The notes beneath the pieces are model-generated. The model did not search any database. It saw only the letters and a program-made list of their open reading frames with translations, and was not told the origin of the DNA. This document shows, one piece after another, positions 1 through 9,800 of a DNA stretch of 64,000 bases (position 1 is the stretch's first letter; each line of letters opens with the position of its first letter). The stretch comes from Syntrophales bacterium (GTDB taxonomy: Bacteria > Desulfobacterota > Syntrophia > Syntrophales > UBA4778). A program made the translations under genes and the position numbers. Location of the stretch: the NCBI GenBank assembly GCA_041946925.1, contig JBHGBI010000002.1, positions 3,299-67,298 of the forward strand, written 5' to 3'.

Positions 1-1347
1 CATTGATTCGGTCCGGTATCCAACCGCCGCAGTTCCAAGCGTTATATTCTCGATCAGCCGCAAAATTCGGCAGCGATGTTCCGTGGGCACCGATGCCACA
101 CCCTTGAAATATTTTTCCACCACCTTGCCGATTTCCGGATGTCGCAAATCCTGTTCCGATGCCATCGTGACCATCAATCCCCCGGCTATATCTTCCGCCA
201 GTCTCGCGATCTCATAGGGGAGCCTGGTGACATTCTGTTTGCAGACATTTGCCAGCAGCAGATCGATAAGGTAATTTCCGGATGCAGTCGGGTGTCCTTC
301 CGCTGAGCAGGCTATTCCGCAGGCGTATAGCGTTTCGTTAAGATGCATCATTTCGATCAGCTTGTCCCTGATGTGGGATGCCTTGGAAACTCCGTTGTAA
401 TCGGCGGCCAGCGCAGCCGCTCCGATGAGGACGTCGCCGACGCCGACCTTGCAGCCGCCGTAACTCTGGCGGTGATAGCCCGCAAATCGTTCCACCAGGG
501 CGCCGCTGAATTCGTACTCGCCGCACATGAATACGTTTTCCCAGGGGACGAACAGGTTGTCAAAGACCATGAGGGCCTCATGGCCGCCGAATTCTTTATT
601 TCCCACGTCTATCTGGCCGGCTTCGAGCTTGCGCGTGTCGCAGGACTGGCGACCGTAGATATAGAATATGCCTTCTGCATCGGCAGGCGCCACAAAGGAC
701 AAGGCGTAATCAGCGTCCTCCTTTGTCATGGTGCTCGTGGGCATGACAAGGATCCAGTGGGAATTTATGGCTCCAGTCTGGTGGGCCTTGGCTCCCCGGA
801 CGATAATTCCGTCCTTCTTTTTTTCCACTACGCGCGTATAGAGGTCCGGATCGGCCTGCTTGCTGGGAGGCAGGCTCCGGTCACCCTTAGGATCGGTCAT
901 GGCACCGTCCACGGTCAAATCCTCTTCCTGCATCATCCGCAGGAACTTGAGGAATCTTTCGCGATATCGAGTGCCGAGTTTTTTGTCCATCTCGAAGGTG
1001 ACGCTGTCCACAGCGTTGATTGCATCCATTCCCACACAGCGCTGAAAACACGCCCCTGTTTTCTGCCCCATCAGTCTTTGCATCTTCACCTTCTTGACCA
1101 GATCCTCCGTATTCTGGTGGATATGGCAGAAACGATTTATCTTTTTCCCCGTCAGGTGGGAAGTCGCCGTCATCAGGTCCTCATGCCGAGGATCTTGAGC
1201 CAGGGCGTAAGTCATTTTCACGGAATTCATAGACGGCCTGATAATGGGGTGATCTACGGGGTTTTCCACCCGTTCGCCCATCAGATAAACCTTGAATGCC
1301 AGTTTACGCAGGCTTTCTTCATATTGTTCAGGTGTTTTCAGTGCCAT
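1..1347 (-). CDS. abfD: 4-hydroxybutyryl-CoA dehydratase / vinylacetyl-CoA delta-isomerase (C-terminus lies beyond the left edge)
   Basis: Absent from the ORF track because it is open at the window edge. Reverse-strand translation from ATG 1347 (GGAG about 8 nt upstream) gives MALKTPEQYEESLRKLAFKVYLMGERVENPVDHPIIRPSMNSV...FQRCVGMDA...FAGYHRQSYGGCKVGVGDVLIGAAALAADYNG...AVGYRTESM. It stays open for 449 codons to position 1. It is near-colinear with AbfD of Clostridium aminobutyricum as I remember it. The listed + ORF 343..1362 is its antisense shadow. Confidence 0.9.
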   Translation of the reverse strand, partial: MALKTPEQYEESLRKLAFKVYLMGERVENPVDHPIIRPSMNSVKMTYALAQDPRHEDLMTATSHLTGKKINRFCHIHQNTEDLVKKVKMQRLMGQKTGACFQRCVGMDAINAVDSVTFEMDKKLGTRYRERFLKFLRMMQEEDLTVDGAMTDPKGDRSLPPSKQADPDLYTRVVEKKKDGIIVRGAKAHQTGAINSHWILVMPTSTMTKEDADYALSFVAPADAEGIFYIYGRQSCDTRKLEAGQIDVGNKEFGGHEALMVFDNLFVPWENVFMCGEYEFSGALVERFAGYHRQSYGGCKVGVGDVLIGAAALAADYNGVSKASHIRDKLIEMMHLNETLYACGIACSAEGHPTASGNYLIDLLLANVCKQNVTRLPYEIARLAEDIAGGLMVTMASEQDLRHPEIGKVVEKYFKGVASVPTEHRCRILRLIENITLGTAAVGYRTESM

Positions 1348-1422
1348 ATTAAACTCCTATAATGCTTGTTTACTCTTTTCAGAAGACCGGATTGCGCTTC
1401 CGCGGAAATGACCGGGCGAATG

Positions 1423-2643
1423 CTATCTGCCTCCGTTGACATACGGATAATAGCTCTGGACCACGTCCAGTTTGCCCAGTTGTCCGCCTCCCAGCCAGAT
1501 CTGGATTATCTTGCTGTCCCTGAGGTATTTTTCAATATGGTATTCACGGGCGTAGCCGTAGGAGCCCATGAGTTCCATGGCCCTGTTGCAGACCTTTTCG
1601 GTGACATCGCATGCATGTACCTTGGCGGCGCTGGCGCGTGCGAGCAGGAAATCCTCGCCGGGGTTCCCGTACTTCTTACGATTATTGAACATGGCCGCCA
1701 CCGAGAGATAAAAAGCGCGTGCAGACTCGACGCCGATAGCCATATCTGCGATCATGGCCGCCTGGAGGGAATGGTTTCGGACGGGCTTCCCCCCATATAC
1801 CCGTGTCTTGGTAAACTCTATGACGATTTCCAGAACGGCCTGGGCGTTTCCAAGCGATATGGGCGCGCTCGTAAGCCGTCCCCAGCCTATGTTGGCCCGG
1901 AAGAGCTGCCAGTCGATGCCAGGTCCTCCCGCTCGGTATTCTTTGGGGACCCTTACGTTATCAAAATAGATGGCGGTATTCACGTCCGTCACCTTCATGC
2001 CCATCTTCTCTTCCGCTTTGCCGAAGGAAAGTCCGGGGGTATTCTTTGGAACATAGATGAGCGCCAACCCTTCTTCTTTCAAGTTCGGATCGGTCGTGCA
2101 TACGACGCAGTAAAGATCAGCGATGCTGGCGCCGCTGGGCCACATCTTTTCGCCGTTAATGACCCATTCACTGCCCTCCAGCCTGGCCCTGGTCCTGAGC
2201 GTGCCTGCATGTTCCCCCGCATCCTCTATATTGCAGCCTCCGGCCGGTTCCGTGATGGCCATACAGCCGCAGCGAGGGGTGTCCTGGCAGAACATGGGGA
2301 TGAATTTATCCATCAGGAGTTTATTGCGAGCCCCCATGGCCGCTGCCAGGCACCAGGGAATGATCAGGGTATGAAGGGACAGGCCGCTGTCTCCCCTGGA
2401 TATCTCTTCAGACAGGGCGCACACGGTGGGTCCCGATCGGATTCCGAGACCTCCATACTCGGGAGAAAAACCGCGCTTCTGAATGCCGAGCTTCACCAGA
2501 CCCTCATAGACCTTCTCAAAAACGGCATAATCTTCATCCAGTTGCATGCGGACCGGCATGACCTCTTTTTCGACATACCTGCGAATCATCGCCAGAAAGG
2601 CCAGTTCTTCCTCGGATGTGATAAAATCTCCGTATCTTTTCAT
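1423..2643 (-). CDS. acyl-CoA dehydrogenase family protein
   Basis: ORF 1423..2703. The preferred start is ATG 2643 (GGGGAGGAA just upstream), which avoids overlap with the upstream stop at 2691. ACAD-like layout: CMAITEPAGG, WVINGEKMW, and C-terminal ELMGSYGYAREYHIEKYLRDSKI. Confidence 0.9.
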   Translation of the reverse strand: MKRYGDFITSEEELAFLAMIRRYVEKEVMPVRMQLDEDYAVFEKVYEGLVKLGIQKRGFSPEYGGLGIRSGPTVCALSEEISRGDSGLSLHTLIIPWCLAAAMGARNKLLMDKFIPMFCQDTPRCGCMAITEPAGGCNIEDAGEHAGTLRTRARLEGSEWVINGEKMWPSGASIADLYCVVCTTDPNLKEEGLALIYVPKNTPGLSFGKAEEKMGMKVTDVNTAIYFDNVRVPKEYRAGGPGIDWQLFRANIGWGRLTSAPISLGNAQAVLEIVIEFTKTRVYGGKPVRNHSLQAAMIADMAIGVESARAFYLSVAAMFNNRKKYGNPGEDFLLARASAAKVHACDVTEKVCNRAMELMGSYGYAREYHIEKYLRDSKIIQIWLGGGQLGKLDVVQSYYPYVNGGR

Positions 2644-2690
2644 AAATTCCTCCCCTGAGCTGGAAATAATTCCCTCATTAGTACACCTGA

Positions 2691-3863
2691 TCACGCCGTG
2701 CACAGGCGCAGGATGTCAGAAATAACTTCCCTTGTATAGGCTTTCATCCCCCACAGTACGGCGGTTCCGCAAGCGTTTTCCGCTATTTTCTCTATGCCGT
2801 CTTCGGGTATATTAGCTTCTTTCAGGGATACGGGACTACCTATGGATGCAAACCAGCGCTTCAAGAGATATATCCCTTCCACTGCCGCTTTCAGGTCGTG
2901 GGTTTCTTTCACACCAAAAATTTCTCTTGCCAGCCGGGCGAATTTCGCCGGATTCGCGGGTGCTGCATAACTCATCCAGCCGGGCAGTGTTATGCTGAGC
3001 CCGGCGCCGTGCGCAATATCATAGAGCGCGCTGAGCGAGTGTTCGATCATATGGGCGGGAAAGCTGACAAATCCCATCCCGGCCGTCGTCAATCCATTGA
3101 ATGCCAGTGTCGCCGACCACATCACATTGGCCCTGGCATTATAATTTAGCGGGTCCTTCAGGATGATTTCCGTGCTTTCCATAACCGTTTTCATAATTCC
3201 TTCGACAAGCCGGTCCTGAAGAGGACTTTCAGGCTCTCTGTTATTGAAGTACCCCTCAAGCATATGAGTTATAATGTCGACGGCGCTATAAGCGCTGGAA
3301 TCAGCAGTCAACGAATAAAGCACGGTAGGATCAAGGATTGACACTCTGGGCTGAATAAATGGAGAGCTGATCGTGAATTTCTGAGCTGTTTCCTCTTTGG
3401 TTATAACCGCCGTCGGATTCATTTCCGAGGCGCTGGCGGAAACAGTAAGCACAGTCAGAACGGGGAGAGCGTCCCGTATTTTTTTCTTGAACGTAAAGAA
3501 CTCCCATATATCGTCGCCTGGATCAGCCTTTACGCCTACGGCGATAGTTTTCGCGGTATCAATCACACTTCCTCCTCCCACGGCCAGCACGACATCAATC
3601 TTTTCGTTGCGGGCAAGTTCTATTCCCTTCAGAGCATGGGAGAGGACCGGATTCGATTTGACACCGGGAAACTCCACAATGGACAGACCGGATTCTTCAA
3701 GAGAAGAGATGACCTGGTCATAAATTCCGTATTTTCTGATGCTCCCACGGCCCTGGACGAACAGCACTCTATTGCCGAATCGTTTGATTTCATTGCCTAT
3801 ACGGGCAATCGTTCCCTTTCCGAAGATGATCCTGGTGGGATTTTCGAATATAAAATTCTGCAT
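2691..3863 (-). CDS. iron-containing (group III) alcohol dehydrogenase, butanol/4-hydroxybutyrate dehydrogenase-like
   Basis: 390 aa. Contains the GGGSVIDTAK dinucleotide motif and a His-rich metal site (HMIEHSLSALYDIAHGAGL). First gene of the adh-acd-abfD string. Confidence 0.9.
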   Translation of the reverse strand: MQNFIFENPTRIIFGKGTIARIGNEIKRFGNRVLFVQGRGSIRKYGIYDQVISSLEESGLSIVEFPGVKSNPVLSHALKGIELARNEKIDVVLAVGGGSVIDTAKTIAVGVKADPGDDIWEFFTFKKKIRDALPVLTVLTVSASASEMNPTAVITKEETAQKFTISSPFIQPRVSILDPTVLYSLTADSSAYSAVDIITHMLEGYFNNREPESPLQDRLVEGIMKTVMESTEIILKDPLNYNARANVMWSATLAFNGLTTAGMGFVSFPAHMIEHSLSALYDIAHGAGLSITLPGWMSYAAPANPAKFARLAREIFGVKETHDLKAAVEGIYLLKRWFASIGSPVSLKEANIPEDGIEKIAENACGTAVLWGMKAYTREVISDILRLCTA

Positions 3864-3979
3864 GGCACAGCTCCTTGGAAAGAAAAGATACTCTCAGGTT
3901 GTTGAAAAACGCTCATCTATGCAGCTTCGCTGCTGGCGAAAAAACTGAATCGTCGTGACAGGAACTTGCTTTGACGGCG

Positions 3980-4008
3980 AGTATAGGAGAATAATCACGG
4001 CGTGTCAA
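3980..4008 (-). promoter_or_regulatory. sigma70-type promoter for the adh-acd-abfD operon
   Basis: The minus strand reads TTGACA (4008-4003), a 17-nt spacer, then TATACT (3985-3980). This sits about 115 nt upstream of the ADH ATG. Confidence 0.45.
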
Positions 4009-4110
4009 CACCCGTTCCTATTTTATCATTCCATATTGACTTCGACTGGGTAATCAAGTACAAAATGCAAAATATCAAGGAGTTATTTCAAGGGGAAGCA
4101 GGTATTTTTT

Positions 4111-4851
4111 ATGCTTCGTTCTGCATTTCTTGTCGCCATCGGGATCCTTGTGACCGGGTTTATATCCATCTTTATTGTTGTGATGTACCCGGCATTCCCG
4201 AGAGGGGAATATACTGTCCACAGGCTGGGAATCATGTGGGCGAGGTTTCTTTTATTCATTGCCAACGTGAAAGTCGACGTCATTGGGAAAGAAAACGCCT
4301 TGATAGGAAAGCCGCAGATCTTTATGGCGAATCATCAGAGCTGGTTCGATATCTTTATCGTCTTTGCTCACATACCCGCTCAATTCAGTTGGATAGCCAA
4401 AAAAGAACTCTTCAGTATACCTTTTTTCGGCACTGCGTTGCGAAGGCTGGGCACGATCGAAATCGACAGGAAGCACCATGCCAGCGCCCTCAAGAGCATC
4501 GATGCAGCGGCGCAGAAAATCAGAGATGGAAAATCCGTGGTGACCTTTCCGGAAGGGACAAGGAGCATGGATGGTGAGATACAGCCCTTCAAGAAAGGAG
4601 TATTCCATCTGGCTTTGAAATCGGGCGTCCCGATTGTTCCCATCTCCATAGTCGGAAGTCGCGAAATTATGCCGAAGAAATCGCTCAAGATTCATCCGGG
4701 CAAAATCGTCATGGTTATCGGCGAGCCGATTGAAATAGATGGGTATTCGGTGGAAACGATAGAGGAGCTGATCACAAGGGTAAGGACTGCCATAGCCGGG
4801 AATTATTATGAGAGGAGAGCGGAGCGGATCCGATCATCAGGAGTCATATGA
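4111..4851 (+). CDS. plsC: 1-acyl-sn-glycerol-3-phosphate acyltransferase
   Basis: Has the acyltransferase HX4D motif (NHQSWFDI) and FPEGTRS. N-terminal TM segment. Its stop overlaps the ftsK start (ATGA). Confidence 0.9.
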   Translation: MLRSAFLVAIGILVTGFISIFIVVMYPAFPRGEYTVHRLGIMWARFLLFIANVKVDVIGKENALIGKPQIFMANHQSWFDIFIVFAHIPAQFSWIAKKELFSIPFFGTALRRLGTIEIDRKHHASALKSIDAAAQKIRDGKSVVTFPEGTRSMDGEIQPFKKGVFHLALKSGVPIVPISIVGSREIMPKKSLKIHPGKIVMVIGEPIEIDGYSVETIEELITRVRTAIAGNYYERRAERIRSSGVI

Positions 4852-7127
4852 AAGGAAAGGGATCAAATTTCAAGAGGTCGCGGGAAATCGGGGCGATCGT
4901 GATTTTCGCGCTGGCTGTTTTTCTCTTTTTATGCTTCGTTTCCTATAGTCCCCGGGACCCCTCTTTTTCCAACGAGGCCGTCGGGCTGATTCATATCAAC
5001 AACTTCGGCGGTATTGTCGGTTCTTATGTAGCCGATGCGTTCATTCGGATCCTGGGAATCAGTGCGGCATGGCTTCCGCTCGTCCTTTTCATGGTAGCTT
5101 TTAAATTGTTTATGAGGGAGGATTTCAAGATCGGTCTGGTTGCCGGCGCCGGATTCGCCGGGCTTATCCTTTCCACTTCAGGCTTTCTGGATCTCGCATG
5201 CTCCAATTTCAGGCTGATTGGGACGGATTATCCGCCAGGAGGAATTCTCGGGGCATTTCTGGCGAACTTTCTGACGGCTTATCTCAATTCCGTGGGCACG
5301 GGGATTTTTCTTGTAACTGTTTTCCTGATATCGCTCATGATCACCGTCGATCTGTCTTTTGCTTCCTTTATAGTGAAAGTCCTGAATGCGACGGATCGTG
5401 TCGTACAGCTGGTGAAATCATTCATTGCTGAAAGGGTTGAGGATTTCAGGATGAAAAGGCAGAAACTCCGTGAAAGAAAGCTGAAAGCGGCAAGCCCTCC
5501 GCCGGTGATCGTCGAAGGAACCGCTCCTTCCGTGCCGGACAGGAGGCCTCGAAGAAAGAAAGCGGAGCAGGTGACATTGTTTGATGAATTTGACCGGACA
5601 AAGACCTCGTTCAATCTTCCGCCCATATCCTTGCTCGACGATTCCAGGCGCAAAGACACCAGAATCAAAAAAGAAAGCCTTCTCATGAATGCCAAGCTCC
5701 TGGAAAAAAAACTGGCGGATTTTGCCGTAGACGGGAAAGTCGTGGAAGTGAAGCCCGGTCCCCTGATCACCATGTATGAGTTGGAACCGGCCCCCGGTGT
5801 TAAAATCAACAGAATCACAAACCTCGCCGATGACCTTGCAATGGCCCTCAAGGCGCCGAGTGTCAGGATTGCCCCTATTCCGGGCAAATCGGTCGTGGGA
5901 ATCGAAATCCCCAATTATGAGCGTGATCCGGTCCACCTCAAAAATGTTCTGGACAGTGAGATGTTTCGCGATTCCAAGCTCAGATTACCTATCGCCCTCG
6001 GGGAAGATACTGTCGGCTCCCCTGTCATCGCGGATCTAGCCAGAATGCCTCACCTGTTGATTGCGGGCACAACGGGTTCAGGAAAGAGCGTTTCACTCAA
6101 TGCCATGATCTGCAGCATTCTTTTCAAAGCTACACCGGAGGAAGTCAAATTTCTCATGATCGATCCGAAGCGACTGGAAATGTCCGCTTACGAAGGCATA
6201 CCTCATCTGCTCCATCCGGTTGTCATCAACCCCAAGGACGCGTCCCAGGTGCTCAAGTGGGCCGTCTGTGAAATGGAGCGAAGATACCGGATCATCGGGG
6301 AGGTCGGCGTTAAGAGTATTGAAAAATTCAACAGGCTGGCCGGTCGGGGCGGCGTTAAAGAAAAGACGCCTTCCGCCGAAGCGGTGGAATCAGATCCGGA
6401 AATGGACGAAGACGACAACGATCTTTTGTCGGGAGATTTTTCCGGTTCAGCGAAAGGCGGCGTGGCACATCCCGCTCCTTTTGATAAACTTCCTTATATT
6501 ATTATCGTAATCGATGAATTGGCTGACCTGATGATGGTGGCGCAGAGAAATGTGGAAGAATCCCTGACCCGTCTGGCGCAGATGGCGAGAGCGGCAGGCA
6601 TTCATCTTATACTTGCGACGCAAAGGCCGTCCGTAGACGTCATCACGGGAATTATTAAAGCAAACTTTCCGACCCGGATATCCTTCCAGGTTTCATCGAA
6701 AGTGGATTCAAGGACAATTCTTGACCAGCTCGGCGCCGAACAGCTCCTTGGAATGGGGGACATGCTTTTTTTACCGCCGGGTTCGTCCCGGCTGGTCCGG
6801 ATACACGGCGCGTATGTTTCAGACAGGGAAATCGAGAGGGTGGTCGATTTTATCAAGAAGCAGGGCAGGCCCAGATACGATGAAACTATATTACAGGAGC
6901 AGCCGGCCGCGGGGGGAGATAAACCTGGCGAAGACTACGATGAGAAATACGACGAAGCCGTCGAGCTGGTGACGGACCTGGGACAGGCGTCCATATCGCT
7001 GGTGCAGAGATACATGAAGATAGGCTACAACAGGGCGGCCCGGATTATCGAGAAAATGGAAGCAGAAGGTATTGTGGGTCCGTCTGACGGAATTAAGCCG
7101 AGAAAGGTTCTGGTCAAGAAACTGTAG
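4848..7127 (+). CDS. ftsK: DNA translocase FtsK
   Basis: N-terminal TM helices and a Pro/Arg/Lys-rich linker. Motor domain has Walker A GTTGSGKS and Walker B IIVIDELADL. C-terminal gamma wHTH domain (SISLVQRYMKIGYNRAARIIE). Confidence 0.95.
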   Translation: MKGKGSNFKRSREIGAIVIFALAVFLFLCFVSYSPRDPSFSNEAVGLIHINNFGGIVGSYVADAFIRILGISAAWLPLVLFMVAFKLFMREDFKIGLVAGAGFAGLILSTSGFLDLACSNFRLIGTDYPPGGILGAFLANFLTAYLNSVGTGIFLVTVFLISLMITVDLSFASFIVKVLNATDRVVQLVKSFIAERVEDFRMKRQKLRERKLKAASPPPVIVEGTAPSVPDRRPRRKKAEQVTLFDEFDRTKTSFNLPPISLLDDSRRKDTRIKKESLLMNAKLLEKKLADFAVDGKVVEVKPGPLITMYELEPAPGVKINRITNLADDLAMALKAPSVRIAPIPGKSVVGIEIPNYERDPVHLKNVLDSEMFRDSKLRLPIALGEDTVGSPVIADLARMPHLLIAGTTGSGKSVSLNAMICSILFKATPEEVKFLMIDPKRLEMSAYEGIPHLLHPVVINPKDASQVLKWAVCEMERRYRIIGEVGVKSIEKFNRLAGRGGVKEKTPSAEAVESDPEMDEDDNDLLSGDFSGSAKGGVAHPAPFDKLPYIIIVIDELADLMMVAQRNVEESLTRLAQMARAAGIHLILATQRPSVDVITGIIKANFPTRISFQVSSKVDSRTILDQLGAEQLLGMGDMLFLPPGSSRLVRIHGAYVSDREIERVVDFIKKQGRPRYDETILQEQPAAGGDKPGEDYDEKYDEAVELVTDLGQASISLVQRYMKIGYNRAARIIEKMEAEGIVGPSDGIKPRKVLVKKL

Positions 7128-7131
7128 GGAG

Positions 7132-8484
7132 TTGGGAAACAGAAAAATACATATAGTCAACCTCGGCTGTCCCAAGAATCTGGTCGATTCCGAGGTCATG
7201 GCCGCTGCTCTGAGCGGGGGCGGATTTGAAATAAGCTCCCGTGAAGAAACCGCACATATCATATTGGTTAATACCTGTGCCTTCATCCTGCCCGCCAAGA
7301 AAGAGTCAATCGAAGAAATCCTGCGTCTCGCCGAGTGGAAAAAAAGGGGCCGCTGCAGGTATCTTATTGTAACCGGCTGTCTTGCGCAGCGTTACGGAAA
7401 AATGTTAAGAAAACAACTGCCGGAAGTCGATCTTTTCCTCGGGACCGGAGAGGTCGGCGGGATTCTCGGACATGTTAACCGTCTTCTGAAAGACGGGCCG
7501 GAAGAGCAGCCGTTCTTTGACAGTAACCCTTCCTTTCTGATGAACTCCGCACATCGACGGCTGCTTTCGACGCATTACAGTGCTTACTTGAAAATTGCGG
7601 AGGGCTGTTCGAATCACTGCTCCTATTGCATCATACCCTCTGTACGGGGCGAATTCAGAAGCAGGCAGCTTGAGGATATAATCAGGGAGACCGAGAGCCT
7701 GGCATTCGAAGGCGTCAGAGAGGTTATCCTGATTGCGCAGGATACGGCGTCTTATGGACGGGACCTCGCCGGAGAACAAAGCCTGGGACGCCTGCTCAGA
7801 GAGATTGCCGCCGTAGACGGGATCCGGTGGATACGGGTACTCTACGCGCATCCGGCGAGCGTGAGCGCGGAGATTTTGGAGGCGATCGCCGGGGAAGAGA
7901 AAGTCTGCAAGTACATTGATATGCCGGTACAACACATCGACGATGATATACTGAGCGCTATGAGGCGAAGAGGAGGGAGCAATCTCATAAAAGACAGGAT
8001 ACTGCAGGCGAGGTCTCTTATTCCGGGGCTTGTTTTGAGGACCTCGATCATGGTGGGATTTCCCGGAGAAACTACCGCAAGGTTTAACCGGCTTCTCGCG
8101 TTTATCAAGGAGACCCGTTTTCAGAATCTCGGCGTATTCGTCTATTCCAGAGAGGAAGGAACTGCGGCCGCCGAGATGTCAGGGCATGTCCCTGAAAGGG
8201 AAAAAGAAAAAAGAAGGGACATCCTGATGGAAGAACAGGCGGCCATCTCCTGTGCCTGTAACCGATCCCTGGTCGGTTCCGTAATGGAAGTCATCATTGA
8301 AGGGAAGAGCGATCTTCCGGGGTACCTTGTGGCGAGACACAGGGGTCAATCTCCGGAAATCGATGGTGTGACTTACGTAAAAGCCGCGAATGCCGCCGCG
8401 GGCGATATCATTAACTGCGTCATCCGATCGGCTGATGAATACGATCTTTTCGCCGAGGCTGTGGATGAACCCAGACGGCAATGA
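7132..8484 (+). CDS. rimO: ribosomal protein S12 methylthiotransferase RimO
   Basis: MTTase N-domain (IVNLGCPKNLVDSE), radical-SAM CSNHCSYC, and a C-terminal TRAM domain. The start is ambiguous. The track start 7072 is a TTG lying 56 nt inside ftsK. I prefer TTG 7132 because it gives a typical N-terminal length. The stop is firm. Confidence 0.88.
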   Translation: MGNRKIHIVNLGCPKNLVDSEVMAAALSGGGFEISSREETAHIILVNTCAFILPAKKESIEEILRLAEWKKRGRCRYLIVTGCLAQRYGKMLRKQLPEVDLFLGTGEVGGILGHVNRLLKDGPEEQPFFDSNPSFLMNSAHRRLLSTHYSAYLKIAEGCSNHCSYCIIPSVRGEFRSRQLEDIIRETESLAFEGVREVILIAQDTASYGRDLAGEQSLGRLLREIAAVDGIRWIRVLYAHPASVSAEILEAIAGEEKVCKYIDMPVQHIDDDILSAMRRRGGSNLIKDRILQARSLIPGLVLRTSIMVGFPGETTARFNRLLAFIKETRFQNLGVFVYSREEGTAAAEMSGHVPEREKEKRRDILMEEQAAISCACNRSLVGSVMEVIIEGKSDLPGYLVARHRGQSPEIDGVTYVKAANAAAGDIINCVIRSADEYDLFAEAVDEPRRQ

Positions 8485-8558
8485 GTGATGGATAACAGGA
8501 TTTGCGTTGCGCTTCCAGGAGCGGCATAAGAGGTGAGGAGTGACTGAACAATAAGGTT

Positions 8559-8587
8559 TTGACATCCTTGCGGTGTTTAAGTATATA
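8559..8587 (+). promoter_or_regulatory. sigma70-type promoter upstream of ispB
   Basis: TTGACA (8559-8564), a 17-nt spacer, then TATATA (8582-8587). The track's GTG start at 8573 lies inside the spacer, which argues for the downstream ATG 8666. Confidence 0.4.
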
Positions 8588-8665
8588 AACTCTGTTTCTA
8601 TTGCCTGCGGCCGTGGTGCTACAGCGGGCCGTGGTGATACACAAATCTCGGGCACGGGTAATCCA

Positions 8666-9640
8666 ATGCAAATTCAGGACGTTCTGTCGAGGTATGAAGC
8701 GGATCTGAAGAATGTAGAAGAGCATATGAGGAGGCATTTCCACTCTGATGTCCCTCTTATCCCCGAGATATCGAATCATCTCATCAGCAGTGGAGGAAAG
8801 CGATTCAGGCCGCTCCTGCTCCTGATATCTTCGGATTTGTGCGGTTACAGGGGAGAAAGGCGGTATTATCTTTCGGCCGTCCTCGAGTTTATCCATACGG
8901 CCAGCCTCCTTCATGACGATGTGATTGACCATGCCTCGACAAGGCGCGGCAGGGCATCCGCCAACAGCGTCTGGGGAAATTCCGCAAGCGTCCTGGTTGG
9001 AGATTTTCTCTATTCCAAATCGTTCAAGATGATGACCGACGACGGAGACCCCTCAATCATCAATCTTCTGTCGACGATTACCAATACCATGGCTGAGGGC
9101 GAAGTATTTCAGCTTATAAAATGCGGCGACATGGATATCACTGAAAAAGAATATTTCTCTCTCATAGAAAAGAAAACAGCCATTTTGATCTCCGCCGCAT
9201 GCGCGCTGGGAGCTATTCTCTCGAAAGCATCGGACAAAAAAATCAGCGCGCTCATGAAATTCGGGATGAGGCTCGGAACAGCGTTTCAACTGACGGACGA
9301 CACCCTTGATTATTCCGGAACAGAGCAGGAATTCGGAAAGGCGATCGGCACGGATCTGCGAGAGGGCAAAATAACACTGCCTCTGATCAACACGCTTGTC
9401 AAGTGTTCCCCGGCGGAGCGGACACTGATCAAGAAGATTGTGAAAAAGAAGGATTCCGGAGAAAAAGACATACAGCGGATTGTTGCGATAATAAACAAAC
9501 ACAATGGAATCGAATATGCCCTGGACAGAGCGAAGGCGTGCATCCAGGAAGGGAAAAAATTTCTCGATCTTTTCGCCGATTCCGAACCGAAAAGGGCATT
9601 GTTCACAATATCTGATTTTATCCTTGGTAGAAAACTATAG
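8666..9640 (+). CDS. ispB: polyprenyl (octaprenyl-type) diphosphate synthase
   Basis: Two Asp-rich motifs, LLHDDVID and FQLTDDTLDY. With ATG 8666 the GGKRFRP motif sits at residues 43-49, as in E. coli IspB. Confidence 0.9.
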   Translation: MQIQDVLSRYEADLKNVEEHMRRHFHSDVPLIPEISNHLISSGGKRFRPLLLLISSDLCGYRGERRYYLSAVLEFIHTASLLHDDVIDHASTRRGRASANSVWGNSASVLVGDFLYSKSFKMMTDDGDPSIINLLSTITNTMAEGEVFQLIKCGDMDITEKEYFSLIEKKTAILISAACALGAILSKASDKKISALMKFGMRLGTAFQLTDDTLDYSGTEQEFGKAIGTDLREGKITLPLINTLVKCSPAERTLIKKIVKKKDSGEKDIQRIVAIINKHNGIEYALDRAKACIQEGKKFLDLFADSEPKRALFTISDFILGRKL

Positions 9641-9730
9641 CAGGGCGAAGGGCGGCTAAACAAGAGGAGAAGATAGGAGATGTTTTCCCAAAACCTTCTA
9701 ATCTTCCTAACAAAGACATTGGGCATTAGG

Positions 9731-9765
9731 TGTCAGGTTTATTCTACAACCTGACATTTGTTTTC
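9731..9765 (+). terminator. rho-independent terminator after ispB
   Basis: Perfect 9-bp stem TGTCAGGTT / AACCTGACA with an 8-nt loop, followed by TTTGTTTTC. Confidence 0.6.
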
Positions 9766-9800
9766 AAAAAACTCCGGACTGGTTTTTCAGGGACCGACTG

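Noticed and set aside
343-2658. Long + strand ORFs 343..1362 (339 aa) and 1366..2658 (430 aa)
   Set aside because: They are antisense shadows of abfD and the acyl-CoA dehydrogenase. Their composition is His/Arg/Gly/Cys-rich and low-complexity with no motifs, while the opposite strand encodes clearly recognisable enzymes.
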